From Sphagnum compactum (taxonomy: Eukaryota): 64,000 nucleotides of DNA. The stretch lies in assembly GCA_965153455.1 (NCBI GenBank), contig OZ234493.1, positions 10,592,213-10,656,212 of the forward strand, given 5' to 3'. A program made the translations under genes and the position numbers. The notes beneath the pieces are model-generated. The model had not been told where the DNA came from and ran no database searches. It saw only the letters and a program-made list of their open reading frames with translations. Shown here piece after piece: positions 37,743-51,036 of the stretch; within the stretch, counting starts at the first letter, position 1; each line of letters starts with the position of its first letter.

Positions 37743-40215
37743 TGACAGTGGTCCAGATCATAGTGGACACAAAAGGGTAGGTTTGGGGATTCTTTGTTCA
37801 TGAAGCAGAGTCACACATGCACATAGTTTTTGAAGGGCTAGGATGATACATTAATGTGTATTGTATTTGGATGTAGGACATGTGCTGTGAGCAGTCTTCT
37901 GTGGTGTGTTGGTTTTCCACTTTTTGCACATCATTAGCTGTTTCGCTTCTCCCACCAAAAAGCATGTCATTTGCAAATAAATTTACTTAGGCTTTCAATT
38001 GTACATGATTGTTTACATTTTCACAAGATGGAACTCATCAATTCTGATTAGTCAGAATGTGTTGTCCTCAACAGAGACTTTAGTTTTGCCCTATAGCCAC
38101 TGTAATGGTGCCTCATTGTACAGTAATGTTTTTGTGAACATTCTAGATACAAGTTTATTGTGCATGAAAAATGGATGGTAATGGATGGGTTTTTTCTTAT
38201 TGTCATAATTGTTTTCTTCAAAGACAAAAGAGCAAAACCAGATAAATGAGCAGATTAGAAAATAAAGTGTGATGTGATTTGCATGAAAAAGCTTAGCAAT
38301 TTGGTCACTATGTGGAAGATCATTGGTCAGTAAACTCTATGTGGACCATCATCAGAAGGTCCTTGGTTTGTGGTTGTAATTGTGAAATGTAAACCCCCTC
38401 CCCACTTGTCAAAATGTTTGCTTGAAAGCTCTTTAGCAAGTGATCTCATCAGATTGGAAGTTCTCTACTATGTGTTGCTCATTTAATGAGCCACAGTTTG
38501 CTTTACTAACCTTGAGCTTGCAAACATGAGATGATGCGTGATGCCCAACTCTTAAGGATATGGTATATTGTAACTCAATGCATACCTGCCATAACCATTG
38601 ATCCCACAAACTGCATCAAAATACTTCATGCACATGCAACAACACCCAACTTGACTCCTGAAGCAAATTATTCAATTTGACACACATGTGAATACATAGA
38701 GAAATGGGTGGGACACTTTTCAGATCTGTTATCATGCGCAATCACATGAAAAGCACATGGTCTAATTTATCTTGAATATGGGTTGTGGGTATTTCTGTTT
38801 GAAAGCACAAGAAACATCCTAAGTCCTGTGCACAGTTCTACAGCATTTCCTGAATTATGAGATTTCAGTGCACTGAATTGGAGATTATGAGCCTCTATTG
38901 AGTTGCAACAGAATAGTCAGGGTTTGTGCAAGATTACGGAGAATGGCAAGGTCGTTCCCAATGATCAAGGATGTAGCAAGTAAAAAATCATTCTCTCCAA
39001 GCACCCATATCATCAACAGATATATCATTAGCTTCTTAAATCACGGAGTCTACTCTTTTTACTTTGGCACCACAACGACAAAAACTCTTGGTTGGTTCAG
39101 CTCCATGCATTGAATGACAAACAACACAAATTATGTTGCGCCTTAAACACTGAGTTTGAAATTTTGAAAGAAATCTCAAAGATTGTACTTTAAAAAAATT
39201 TGTTGAATAGTGCAAATGGACAAGACAAAATTCCCTCTTTTGCAATGACAACCAAAGCATAGTAACCAAAATAGATACAATGTAGATGATCATCAGTTTC
39301 TTGGCACTAATCATTGAACTAGAACAATATTCAACAAAGAGTAACTAACAAGGTGCAAAAAGATTGTTGTTCCTCATATGAGACTATCAATTGGTCATCA
39401 ATTACCAATAGCCATGTGGGTAATTGCCATGCTTCTTATAGAGAGAAATAACTAATGATGGATACCACCATGTTCCATTGACAACAGGAAGCATACCTAA
39501 ATCTGTCAGTTTCTATACCTTTCAGGTTAAGTTTATATAGGTAGGCACGGAAATTAGCACTGAATCAAATCATTGTGAAATGGAAGAAGGTACCTAATTC
39601 AGAGCTTGACAAAAGTCAGTCAGTGGGTAGTAGTCATTGCAACTTGTCATCGATCATATTCGTGATGAAGGTTCAGATGGTCTGGCTCAACAATTCCCAA
39701 GCAATTCTCATAAGGATCAATGACAACAGAAAAGAAACCCCAACAATTGAGAGAGAGAGAGAGAGAGAGAGGCGCACGTGCACATACATGCACACACAAA
39801 TTCTAAGTCTGATGGGACTCCCTCTAGTACTAGCATTTTAGTAGAAAAATATTTTACATACCAAAAAGAAAGCAGCAACAAACTCCCCAATTCTTCTTCA
39901 CCTGGGCCCTCTCTCTCTCTGAGTGCCTTTCTGTGTGTCTGAGTGTCTCTCTATGAGTCTGTGTGTGTTATGTGTGTGACTCTCAGTGTGTGTCTGTGTG
40001 TCTCTGACCCTTCCTCTGTCTTTCTGTCTCTGGAGTGAGGAAGATGATGCATTCAGGTGGAAGTAACACAGACAGACTGGGAGTGAGTTTGCTTTGATTT
40101 GTGGAAGAAATTTGTGAAGAAACACATGAGGACATTGCTGCTGTTGTTGCAGTGGAGCTTGGGACGTGACTACTGACTTAGTAAGAAATCATGAGTTGTT
40201 GTAATTTCTCTCTTG

Positions 40216-42299
40216 TCATGTCTCATCGACTATGAGTGGAGTTGTGAAGTTGCTGCTAATTGCTGCAGCATCCTCCTCCTCATGATGATGACATGAAATA
40301 GGAGGACTGCAGCTTGCAGCCTTGAATTCCTCCAAAGATTTGTTTCTGGGAAGAACGTCGAGTCTCCTGATCCTGACATGATCGATGTCCTGCTGCTGCT
40401 GCAAACTCAGCTGCTCGTAATCCTGATGATCGAGTTGCTGCTGCTGCTGGTGAATCACAATGTGGTGGAGGTGATGATGGTAGTAGACGTGGTGATGCTC
40501 GTGCTCCATCGTTACGCTAGTGGTGGTGGTGCTGTCACTGCTGCTCTGTCGCTGGTGGTGCTGCTGCCGCTGCTGCTGAGACTCGGAAGTTGAAGAACCA
40601 CCCAAGACTTGCACCGGGAGCGAATGCTGCAGCGCCTTCTTCGCCACAGACCGGAAACTGAATGATCCACGGTCCTGCAGCTTCTTATGCTTGCTGCTGC
40701 TGAGCTTGCGGCAGTCCACGACGCTGTCGGCCCGGTCATCAGCAGCTTCTTCGACATAGCTCCAGCCGTAGTGAAACAAAGAATCATCTTGGAGCTCATG
40801 AGAGGTGGAAGGCTTGCGTGGTGACACCCGCGGGTGCGGCCGCCTCGCGCCGGGATGCAGCTGCTGCTGGGAGGAATCGGTGGAGGAGGACTTGTGCAGC
40901 GGCAGCATCGAGGAGGAGGACTCTTGGGGCGAGATCCGGGCCTTGTGAAAGAAATTTCGTAACTTCTCCTGGAAGCTCTGCCGCGCACTGCTGCTGCTGC
41001 CATCATCCATATCCATGCTGGAGTCGAGTTCGTGGGAAGAATTCATGTCCATGGAGCGTCGCGACTTGCGTTGCGAGAGGTTCAGAGGGTTGGGTGTATG
41101 GGCGAACTGCAGGAAGGAGCCGGCCCCGCCCCCGCCGCCAACAGCTTTCTGCCCGGCGAAGAACAGCTTGATACGAGGCTCTTCTTCTTCTTCTTGGGTC
41201 TCCTCCTCCAGCGACTGTTCTTCCTCCATGCAAGAGCTAGTAGTTCTTCCTGGCGACGACTTGCAGCCATCATCCTGAGCCTTCTCTTGCGTGCCTGCTG
41301 CAGTAGGCTGCACGACGACGTCGTCGTCGTCGTCGTCGTCTCTGTACGCTGTATTCTCGACGATGGGTTTTGCTGGCCGCTGCAATAATATCGGTTGATC
41401 CAAAGTGTAAGAGTCTTCCACGAAATCCCGCATCCTTTCTGAAGGAGGAAGGATTCGCGATGCATGATCGAGATCATGATGACGACGATGACGACGATGA
41501 CGAAACAGCGATTGTTGACGCGGAAATGGAGATTTTACGCGCGAAGTAGTTAGACTCCTGTCTGCAATCTGATGGCTCTCATCGTCTAGAACACATGAAG
41601 AAGAAGAAGGAGAAGAAGACAATTTCGTGACGGCGGGAGGAGGAGCTGTAGCTTCCAGTCTACAAGAGTTCCGGGAAGTAGGATTCCAAAGGAAGGCTTG
41701 GTCGAATTGTTTGGACAAGGAGTCAAGCTCATACGAGTCGAAGAGGGTGCTCCCCGCGTCCCACTGCAGGTTGTTCACCGTGGTGCACAAACTGGTCATT
41801 GCGGCCGCACGGCTACTTTCTGAATGAGCTCCGCCATTTCTCATCTGCGCTTCGATCTGCAGACGCAAAGTACATACAGCCAGCAACAACAACACATTCA
41901 CAGATCATCAGATACCATTTACTGCCAGCTGCAAGTGCAGTGACACAGGCCTGCCGTCGGCACCGCTCCTCAAGATTGCTGCAACTTGTGATGACAACAG
42001 ATGCATGGAGGAGGAGGAGGAGTCCAGGCTGAGAGATGGGGAGATGAAAATGATGATGATGATGATGAAGTAGTTTCAAGAACGACCTTGAAGCGTGTGG
42101 CTCTTCCAACTGCAGCGATTCCACAACCACCACCACCGCGGCTATAGCTGCTGCTTGTAGCTGCTCCTGCAGCGCTGCCGCCTCCTCCGTGATGCTGAAA
42201 CACTGCCCATGCAGCCGCTTTGGTCGTCTCGGACATATGGATTTCCTCCAAACTCCTACTCCCCTGTGCAGCTCTTGTGTGTAACTGCAATTCTCTCAT
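40216..42299 (-). CDS. Uncharacterised plant low-complexity protein (KAAAWA..QH / RATRFKIEA / LFDSYELDSLSKQ family), 2 exons, ~617 aa
   Basis: Exon 1 is 42299-42087 (ATG with an upstream in-frame stop). A 230-nt GT-AG intron spans 42086-41857. Exon 2 is 41856-40216. Splicing joins RATRFK|IEA, recreating the conserved RxSRY/FKLEA motif between KAAAWAVFQH and WDAGSTLFDSYEL. Long open frame in GC-rich DNA with S/Q/H/D/E homopolymers. Confidence 0.85.
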
Positions 42300-45200
42300 C
42301 CTCTAAACTTCGCTTTACACCTAATGCGAGCTCGCGAGCTCGCTCCCTCCCTCCGCCAGAGATTTTGAAGAAGGAATTGATCTCGACGACCTTTGTTGTC
42401 ACATTCAGCTGCTGCTCTCCCCAGAGCTTCTTGTTCTAAATTACCAACTCGAAGCTCGCCGAACTGCTGCTGCTGCTGCTTCACAACTGCTACAGCATCA
42501 GCCCCTGCACATGAGCCTTGAAGCGCAACAAGAGAGGATCCAGAACCACACAAGTCTCAGCTAGTACATGCAGAATCAATCCATGGAAGTCTCAGAACCA
42601 CCTGGGGTTCCAGCAAACCTGCAGAGCACTATAAAACCTTACCTCTCAGATGCTCAAGAAGCTCTTGAAAGCATACAGGTCTCATCTCTCCACCATTCAA
42701 GATTTCTTCAAAGCCCAACAACAACAACCAATGAATGTCAAACAAACAATCCTCGACGCATGTTGTTGAAGAGATTGTATGGCTAGCAACTCTGTGCAAA
42801 CTAGTTGTTCCATGCTCAGCTTCTTCTTCTTCTTCTTTCATCAAACCTGCTAGCGCCTTCCATAGTTTCTAACTAACCTTGCTGCAGCAACAACAGCTGC
42901 AGTAAAGGGGAAGGAAAACATTGCTGAAGGAAAGAGAATCTTAATGCCAATCTTCTTCTTCTTGTTGTTCTTTTTGTTCTTCTTTTCTTTTGTTTTTTTG
43001 CCCTAGAAATGGCCAATTTTCTGGCAAACAGAAGGAATTATGTACAGTGAGGAATTATGTACAGTGGGAAAACAAACAAGTAGGAATGAGTAGGATAATG
43101 CCCCAGGAGCAGGCCATTACCCGATGTATTGCACGGGTGGAAAATTTATTTATTTATTTATTTTTCATTTTTTTCCTGTGATACTGGGAGAAATGAAATG
43201 TTCACCCCATTTTGTGGAGGATAATGTGCCCTCCAGATACACTAGAATTTTTCACTGTTGCTTTAATGAAATGCCCGCCCACCCACCCCTTTTTGCAGAG
43301 GAAGAATTCCACTGGATAATGTGCTCTCCATATACACTACAATTTTTTTGCTGGTGCTTTTACAAGATTATAAAACAAGTGGCTCATTGGGTAACCACTT
43401 TCTTTGCCCATTATGGTCCATTGTTTTAAACCAACAACAACAGTTGACATATAAAATGTTCCATGAAAATGAACTCACATTCCACATCATCATTTGGGAT
43501 GGTCAGATTCAGTGAGCCAGTGTTGAAATCAATTAATTTTAGGTTACAAAGCCATTTTAGTGCTTGAAGTTAGAATTTTAAGATTTCACACAAGAGGTTC
43601 TTAAATATTTCAACTCTTTCTTTTCTATCTATGTTTTTTTTCATAATTTATTATTATTATTATTATTGTTGGTTCGTAAGATATCTTGAGATTATTCAAG
43701 ATTGGTCTTGTAACCATAAATTCACACTAAGCTTAAATTTAATTTTGTTTCCATTACTTTTAATTATAGAGCTTCCTTTCTCCTCCTATGAAATATGAGC
43801 CATAGTTGAAGAGTGATGAAGCAAGATGACTCAAGATTTCATTTGATAAAATGTAATTAAACAACATGAACCGATTTTCACATTTTCATTGCTCTAATTT
43901 GAAACTTTTAGGATATTTATCTAAATAAATTACAAACTTTTTATAACAATTTGTCAAAACTCTCATGAAATTTCTGTAAAATTCTCTTCATCCTATTTTC
44001 TTATTAATTTCCACGGAATCTAACAAGAAGGTAGGGTCCGTTACTAGAGTCCACAGTAAGTTAGTCCACACGAATATGTTGGTCCACAATAAGTTCAACT
44101 GTATAACACCTGGTGAACATTCCTCAAAATGTGGGACCAAATAAAAACTACCTTATACTCCTCTCCTTTTCTCCTTCACAAGGAGAGCCAACAATCACCC
44201 ATTTTGGGAATCATAGAAGCCAGCCTTCTACTTTGGATGGGGTCTTTGGCATGGTGCCAAAAGTCTTGGGGGGCAAAAGAGCATGGCTAATCTCATCTTC
44301 TCCATGTTTCCACAAAATGCAAATTGCCTACCCACAATACCTCTTGGGTCCAGAACAATCCTCTGTTCCTGGGCGAGCCTCTTACACATTCTGTAAGGAC
44401 TCGCTGTTTTTGTCTTCTCACTTGTGACAGGGTCATTTATGCATTATAATTGGATGGGCGTGTCACCTGAATTCCATACTTGCCTTGGGTGGGCACCTTA
44501 TTCTAGTAACAGCCCCTTCTCCGAGCCTTACCTACCGGCCTCTAGGTCTTGGTGGCACATGGCCTTCCAGGGCATGGCATGAATATCTACAATGAAATAA
44601 GCAAAGCGCAGAAAAGCTTTCTTGAAAAAAGAAAAAAAAAAATCCGCTAAATGATTAAAAACTTGGCCAATTTTCATTTTTTTTCATTCTCCCACTTTTT
44701 CTCCTTTCTTAAATTATGTTTCCTCATCAATAGCTTTCTCCTCTTTAAAGCAATGAAGGCTGCTTGAAGTTAGACTTGGTTGAATTGATCGGTGTAGTCC
44801 TTTATCTTCTTGGGTAAGTGTGGGGGGGGGATAACACCCATGGAAAAACAATGCAAAGAAGCAATTAGTTAAATAAATAGGTTTCGTTTGCAACTGCTAT
44901 GATTCACACAGGAGTTGACAGAGATATGGTGAGATTTATTTAGTATTAAAACTATAGGTTGCAGCCATGATAACAGTGCACTGCTGCCTGTTATGGCATC
45001 AGCTGCTCTTACTGATGAGGAAAATGAGTTTTTGGAGCAGGATCATGCAGTCAATGAAATTCAATGCTGCTACATGCAACATGATGAAAGCATGGGTGTT
45101 TACTTCAACAATCCACAAAATATGACTTTGGGTCATAACTTGGCAAGTTAAATAGTTGCATTATGATTTTGATTGCTTCATACATAATATTATTGCAGAC

Positions 45201-46378
45201 CTGCTGAGCAAGTTGAACAAACACACACCACAAAGTATCATGCACTGTCATTCTCTGTAAGGTGTTGCTCCTCAAAATACTCAATCAGTGTACTGGAATT
45301 GTTTTCTAGTGATAATCCTCACCCCTCATTGATTCCATCTTCCATGTCCAGTTAAGGCCCAGTGTTGTGTGGGTATTTGAGATTTTGTTTATCATCTCTG
45401 GTGAACTTACAACTCAGATGAAAGAAGCACCCTAATAACCAAGAAGAAATGGGTGCCAATTCTGATACCCACATGGCAATGGTTGAGAGACACTCAATGC
45501 TCTGCTCATGCTAACTTCTAAACACTCATAGGTTTTCAGGGGGGTAACTTAAGTCCTTTTTTTCCACTGATATTTGTTTCTTAGCTTTACCCGTGAAGTG
45601 AAGACTTCTCATTCTGGCAGGATAGATTTGTAGATTGAATCGCCAACTGACTTGTGAATGACAGCTGAAGACATAAAGAACTGGGAATTTGTTTTCCCAC
45701 ACAAACATGGGAACCCTAAATTGCAAAATGGGTATCTTACAGGTTTTCCTTCTACTCAAGACAATCTTATAGGGATTTTCCTCACAAAACAATGTCAAAA
45801 TCTCGTACAAGCAATTGGATGAATGAGGGTTTGGGGATAGAGGTTGAGGAGATATTTTTGATGTGTTAAGTTCTGAGCTAGACAAGTTTATGGTTAGGCC
45901 AGAAGACAAGAGATGATAAATTCATGTGACAAGGCCTTGGAGCACTTGGGAAGTCAGTTGTGGATTTAGTCTCTCCCATCTAGAGGTTAAGGTTAGCGCT
46001 AACTTACAAACTTACAAAAAGAGTTTGAACGTCAAATCTCACCGACGCATTGTTTGCCATGTGCAGATAGTATAAGTGTTTAGTGAGGTGCGTGAAGACA
46101 TGGAGAGCACCAAAACGGATCTGAGTACAACAACTTCCCTTATAATTAATGTACTCTCTTTAAACTATTTTCTTTACCAATTTCAAGTTGCATTCCAATT
46201 ACTTAACAAAATCACATGACTAACAGGCAGAGCCATTACACAAATACAAGTGGTGCTTTGTAGTCTGTTTGTTAGTTTCATGGCCTAAAAAAAAAGGATT
46301 TTGAAGTTGCCACTATCCACAAGCCCAGGTGGTGGGTATCCAAACCCTTGCGCTTGTACCAAAATTTTCTGCCAACTA

Positions 46379-46773
46379 TTAATAAAGTTATCTGTAAAGT
46401 CATGCCCTCTTGGGCCTGAGTTGGACCCCTCATTTGATGCTTCATCCCCTCCTGGCTGTTATCCACAAAGTCATCAAATTTTATTAAATAAGGGTATGAA
46501 ATACAGAGACTCGGGATTAAATGCACCAGGCTCGAGAACATTTATAGTTACAGTACACATAGCGATTGGTTGAAAGCGTTCAGGAAAAGAAAGGACAGGG
46601 CAAACTCAGTTTAGCACCAAATTTGCTGCTAAACTGAGTTTCACGCCCCGTTGAAGCTCAGTGTACTTTTTTTTTGCCTGTTTTCTGAAATCTCGTCCCC
46701 TATGTGTCCCCTATGTGACCAAACAGGGGTTTCCGGTGCCGTCTTTGCCTGACTTTACGGATAACTTTATTAA
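46379..46773. mobile_element. MITE (~395 bp) with 27-bp TIRs and an internal perfect hairpin
   Basis: TTAATAAAGTTATCTGTAAAGTCATGC vs reverse complement TTAATAAAGTTATCCGTAAAGTCAGGC (2 mismatches). Internal 15-bp perfect stem AAACTCAGTTTAGCA / TGCTAAACTGAGTTT at 46602-46641. Confidence 0.8.
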
Positions 46774-49700
46774 GTTATAAATTTCCCTCAAGTTTGAGCT
46801 GCTTATGATCTTATGAATTTTGCCTCAAGCTGCGTTCTACAAACCATAACTGGTTTTCGTGTCTTCTTTAGGTACTTTCTTAGCCTTTTTGAGTTTTATT
46901 AGAATCACAATTGAAACCTAACTTGAAAATTTATTTTTTCATAATTGAATTAGAACCTGAACTGGGGTGCTGCCCCCATTTTATCAGGGTTAGGGTTTTC
47001 TAAATAGATACACATAACTTTATTGTCAAAAAGTATAAACTTGGCTGTCCATTTTAGGCCAGTTATTGCATTTGATTAGGTGTACATATTAATTTTACAT
47101 AATTTCTAGTTTGAATTATGTGCATAGTTGAATAAACTAATATTATTACACAAATGAAAACATTAGTTAGCTGTGTGTAACAGAGATGAAATTAGACCTA
47201 GTCTTAAACCAAATCAGTTCTAAATTTTTTTTGAAAATGATTGAAATTCGGTAGTTTTAGAAATCCAAAGAACCAGTCTCAAGATTGGATCAGAGGTTCC
47301 ATCAAAATAAATAAATAAATAAATAAAAATCAAGGTTGAAGGTTCCTTTTGAAATCACGAACCAGAAAACATTGATAATACGGTGCTCTGATTTGTTGTG
47401 TTTCAAAGAGTGGGCATTCCATTTTTTGAAACACCTCCAATTGCTTTGTGTTACACCCAATGGGTACCAATTAGGTATCATGGGGAAAAAAAGTTCAGAG
47501 TAGGTGAAACCCTTAGCCATGGGCTTTACCAAAATCGGGCCATGCTTGATTATGCCTCACATGCGCCCTTATTCCAGTAAAGCTTACATACTGGGGGTTT
47601 TACCCTACACAAAATTGTCACCAATGGGAGACATTCTACCCTTCACCATAAGCTTTTCCAGAGTGAAGGGCTCTTTTTGAATGCATGCTACTTAGAAACC
47701 TTTTCTTTACTGGGGACATTTTGCCAAAATGAGAAATTAAATATTTAAAAATCAAGTGAATTTGGAGGTTTTCAATCACCAAAAGAGAGAGAGAGAGAGA
47801 GAGAAAAAGAAAAAATCATCATTTTTCTATATTTGGTTTTCATTGTTTAGCCAAAAAAATAAAAAAATTTAAAAATTTAAATTTTTTCACATCATATCTG
47901 GTGGTTTGTAGCCAGATTTGGCTAAATCCTCCCAAGGATGATCACCAATTTTTCTAGATCTTCCTATATGGATGATCTCTCCACTTTGGCTACAAAAACA
48001 AAATTCCTGAAAAAAATACTGGCCACTTGCACCCTAGAACATATTTATGTTTAGAGTCTATAAAAGTTCCGAATGATGTGGTAGAATCTCTTCCGAGTGC
48101 CGACAAATGACCATTGTTCGGACCTGGCTTGCCCAGGTCCTCCAACTGGCAAATCACCTAATACATATCCCCCAACATCCCAGCCACAATTTTTATTTTT
48201 TATTTTGGCCTCACTTTGGTGGCAAAACAAAGCCACTTTAGTGGCTGCTTTGCCAAGGTCTATAAACTGCTTGGCACCAGCTGTTCTTTAAGCCTGCATT
48301 TTTTGTCGCCAGCGGCTAGGAATGGACGGACGGACGGACGGATGCAAATGTTGTCCTCATCTGATGAGATCGAGCGTTCATGAACTAGAGGAAGGAAGGC
48401 AGGGGTATTTTTTTTCTTTTTCCATCTTCTGATGTAGCCAAACTGGTGATCATGTGCAAAAATATTTAGCCAAATCTGGCTATAGACCAGATATGAAAGT
48501 AAAAAGGTTTTAAGAATCCATTTATTATTTTGATCTAGCTGCTCCTGGAGCCACTGATTTGTTTTCTTTTCCAATTTTCCAATTTTACATCATTGGCTAG
48601 CATCCCAAAAGGGATTTTGCATTAAATGATGTCAAGTTTTTAGAACCTGTCTAAATATATATTTTTAAATACTACGAAACCAAAATCAGGGTTCAAATGT
48701 AGTAAAATAATTTCCAAAAAGAATTATTTTCGAAATTTTGCCAGAAAAATGGGAGTATTGCAACAGAACATATTCCCTTCTTCTTTTTTTTCCCTGTATT
48801 TTGGCTAAATTTTGCACCCAAAAAACAGCTAGAGGCGATTCTTGAAGAAGGGTTAGCTTAGGTGATGCAGTAACCTGTAGGTAAGTAGTGAGTACCATAG
48901 TACCTTGTCAGGTTTGATACTTGTCTGTTGAATAATTTTATTAATTAATTAATTTTGAAATTTTGAAATTTTCATTTCAGCAAATAGATATATTCCTGAA
49001 GGATCCAAATATTTTCCTTAACAGAATTATTGTTAAAAATTTAAAAAATTAATTTCAACATTTCTGAAAATAATATAAGAAGTGTCCAAGCTGCCCAGGT
49101 AGCAGGATATTGTGTACAGGCATACTCCATTGATGAAAGAGCTGTGATCACAGTGATGGAGCAGAGCCTCAGCAGAAAGAGCAGCAGCAGCAGCAGCAAC
49201 CCCAAGGTGGGCCAGTATCTTCTTGTATGTCTGCTGCACAGGCGCTGCTGCTGCTTCTCCTTCTTCTTCTCCTTCTTCTGCTTTCCTGCTTTTTCTTCCC
49301 TGTTGACTGACTCGGTAGCTACAAAAACTAGTTAGTTGATGGGGGAATGGTGTTGCAAGCTACAAGGCCATGCAATGAAGGAACAATGCTAGCTCTCAAA
49401 TCAAAACTTGTGTGGCGATCATTTACTGTCACGCTGATCATCATCATCATCGTCTCACCCAAATTCTATGACTGTCTGGACTCCACAGACTCTGCACTGG
49501 GTGATGGTCCTGATTGCTGTCGTGGCTCATGCTTGATTGCTAATGAGAGGAGGAGGGGACGGAAAATTTTTGGTGGAGGAGAAAATCTTTCTTTGTCTTG
49601 CTTCACACCAGACCACTGGCGATGGATCTGGTCAGGGTCGTTGTTTCCATATGGCCCAGCTTCGAATACTTTTATTGACTATGGAACCCTCTAGTTTCCA

Positions 49701-50426
49701 TTTTGTCCCATGTGAAGACCTCCTCAGATTTTTCAAGTGTGTTGTTTAGAGAGCATGTTGCAGAGCTTAAAAACTCACGGGCAATTCGGAAATCGAAACA
49801 CCTTACAAGGGCAGACATTTCATTTTCTGAAATGCCCCATGTCAAATTCTTGCCTGTATCTGGCGGGTATCACATGAAAATTTTGAAAAGCCCATGGCCT
49901 TTACCAGAGTTGTTGGGCATGTGCTTCACGCCACCTTGTGCGAGCCCTTATCTTGGTAAAGCTCATTGCATAGGGCTTTACCCTACACATTTTGAGGAAT
50001 GTTCACTAGCAGTTGTTATTGGGTGATTAACTCTGAGTTCCTTGTTTGGGGATTTCATGGAACCTTAAAATTTTCCAATGATGCCCAGTGGGTATCATGC
50101 CAAAAAAATGTGAAATGCCTGCCCTTTGTTAGGAAGCAGGCATTTTTGCTTCTTAAAACACCCTGCCCTTTGCTAAGGAGAAATTCCACTGGATAAGGTG
50201 CCCTCCAAGACACACTAGAAATTTTCTGCCAGTGCTTCACACGTCTTTGGCATTCCTCATCTTGCAGGAAAACCTGTGAAATTTTATTGCAGTAAAACTC
50301 TTCAACAAAGAGGCAAAAATGGGAAGGAAAATGAAAATACTACAGGGCAGGGCTATCAAAATTCTATCTGGGAATAATAACTTTAAGTTTTTTTGTGGTC
50401 AATTTTGGTTTTTTCTTTTCAAAGTT

Positions 50427-50616
50427 CACTATTACAAAATGTGGGTGCAATTCATCATTCCTTATTCACTAGACCAATGAACTGACTATAATGTGAATAC
50501 ACTTCACCGGTCCCTGTTCACTAGACCAATAAATTGACTATATTCACTGAGATCAATGGAGTCATTCAAAATCCAATGAAATCATTTGACATGTACAGAC
50601 ACTTTTTGTTATAATG
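50427..50616. mobile_element. Miniature CACTA element (190 bp)
   Basis: CACTATTACAAAATGTG ... CACTTTTTGTTATAATG. Flanks GTT/ATT. Homologous to the copy at 50897. Confidence 0.7.
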
Positions 50617-50896
50617 ATTACAAAATAACTTAAAATAACATGTTCAGTGTAGGGCAAAGCCCAAGGTTGAGGGCATTACTAAAATAAGGGGCCCATGCAA
50701 GATGGTAGCTAAGCACGCCCAGACCTTTACCTCACACAAAGTTCCACAAGAAGTTTCGTTTAAGGTGGATGTTACAAGGAACATACCACAAATGTAAAGC
50801 CAGATCTGCTGCTAGTTGTCCAAAAGTACACTAAGAAATTTTGGATGGAGCTTTACATCAAAGATTTGGCTACTTCATACAAATTTTAGTTGTCAG

Positions 50897-51036
50897 CACT
50901 ATTACAAAATGTGAGTGCAATACACTAGTCCCCATTCATTACTTCTTCATTGGTCCCCATTCATTACAACCACTGAAGTCACTCAAATTTCTTCGATGAA
51001 ATCACTTGGCGTGCAGGGACACCTTTTGTTATAGTG
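50897..51036. mobile_element. Miniature CACTA element (140 bp)
   Basis: CACTATTACAAAATGTG ... CACCTTTTGTTATAGTG. Flanks CAG/CAA. Confidence 0.75.

Noticed and set aside
41857..41901. ORF-track start MNVLLLLAV as a signal peptide
   Set aside because: Non-ATG start inside the predicted intron. The splice acceptor at 41857-41858 joins the conserved upstream exon.
40378..42032. Several overlapping + strand and alternate-frame ORFs
   Set aside because: Shadow ORFs of a GC-rich, triplet-repeat-rich coding region, with no recognisable motifs.
45526..45909. 127-aa minus-strand ORF
   Set aside because: Non-ATG start, no recognisable domain and no flanking exons.
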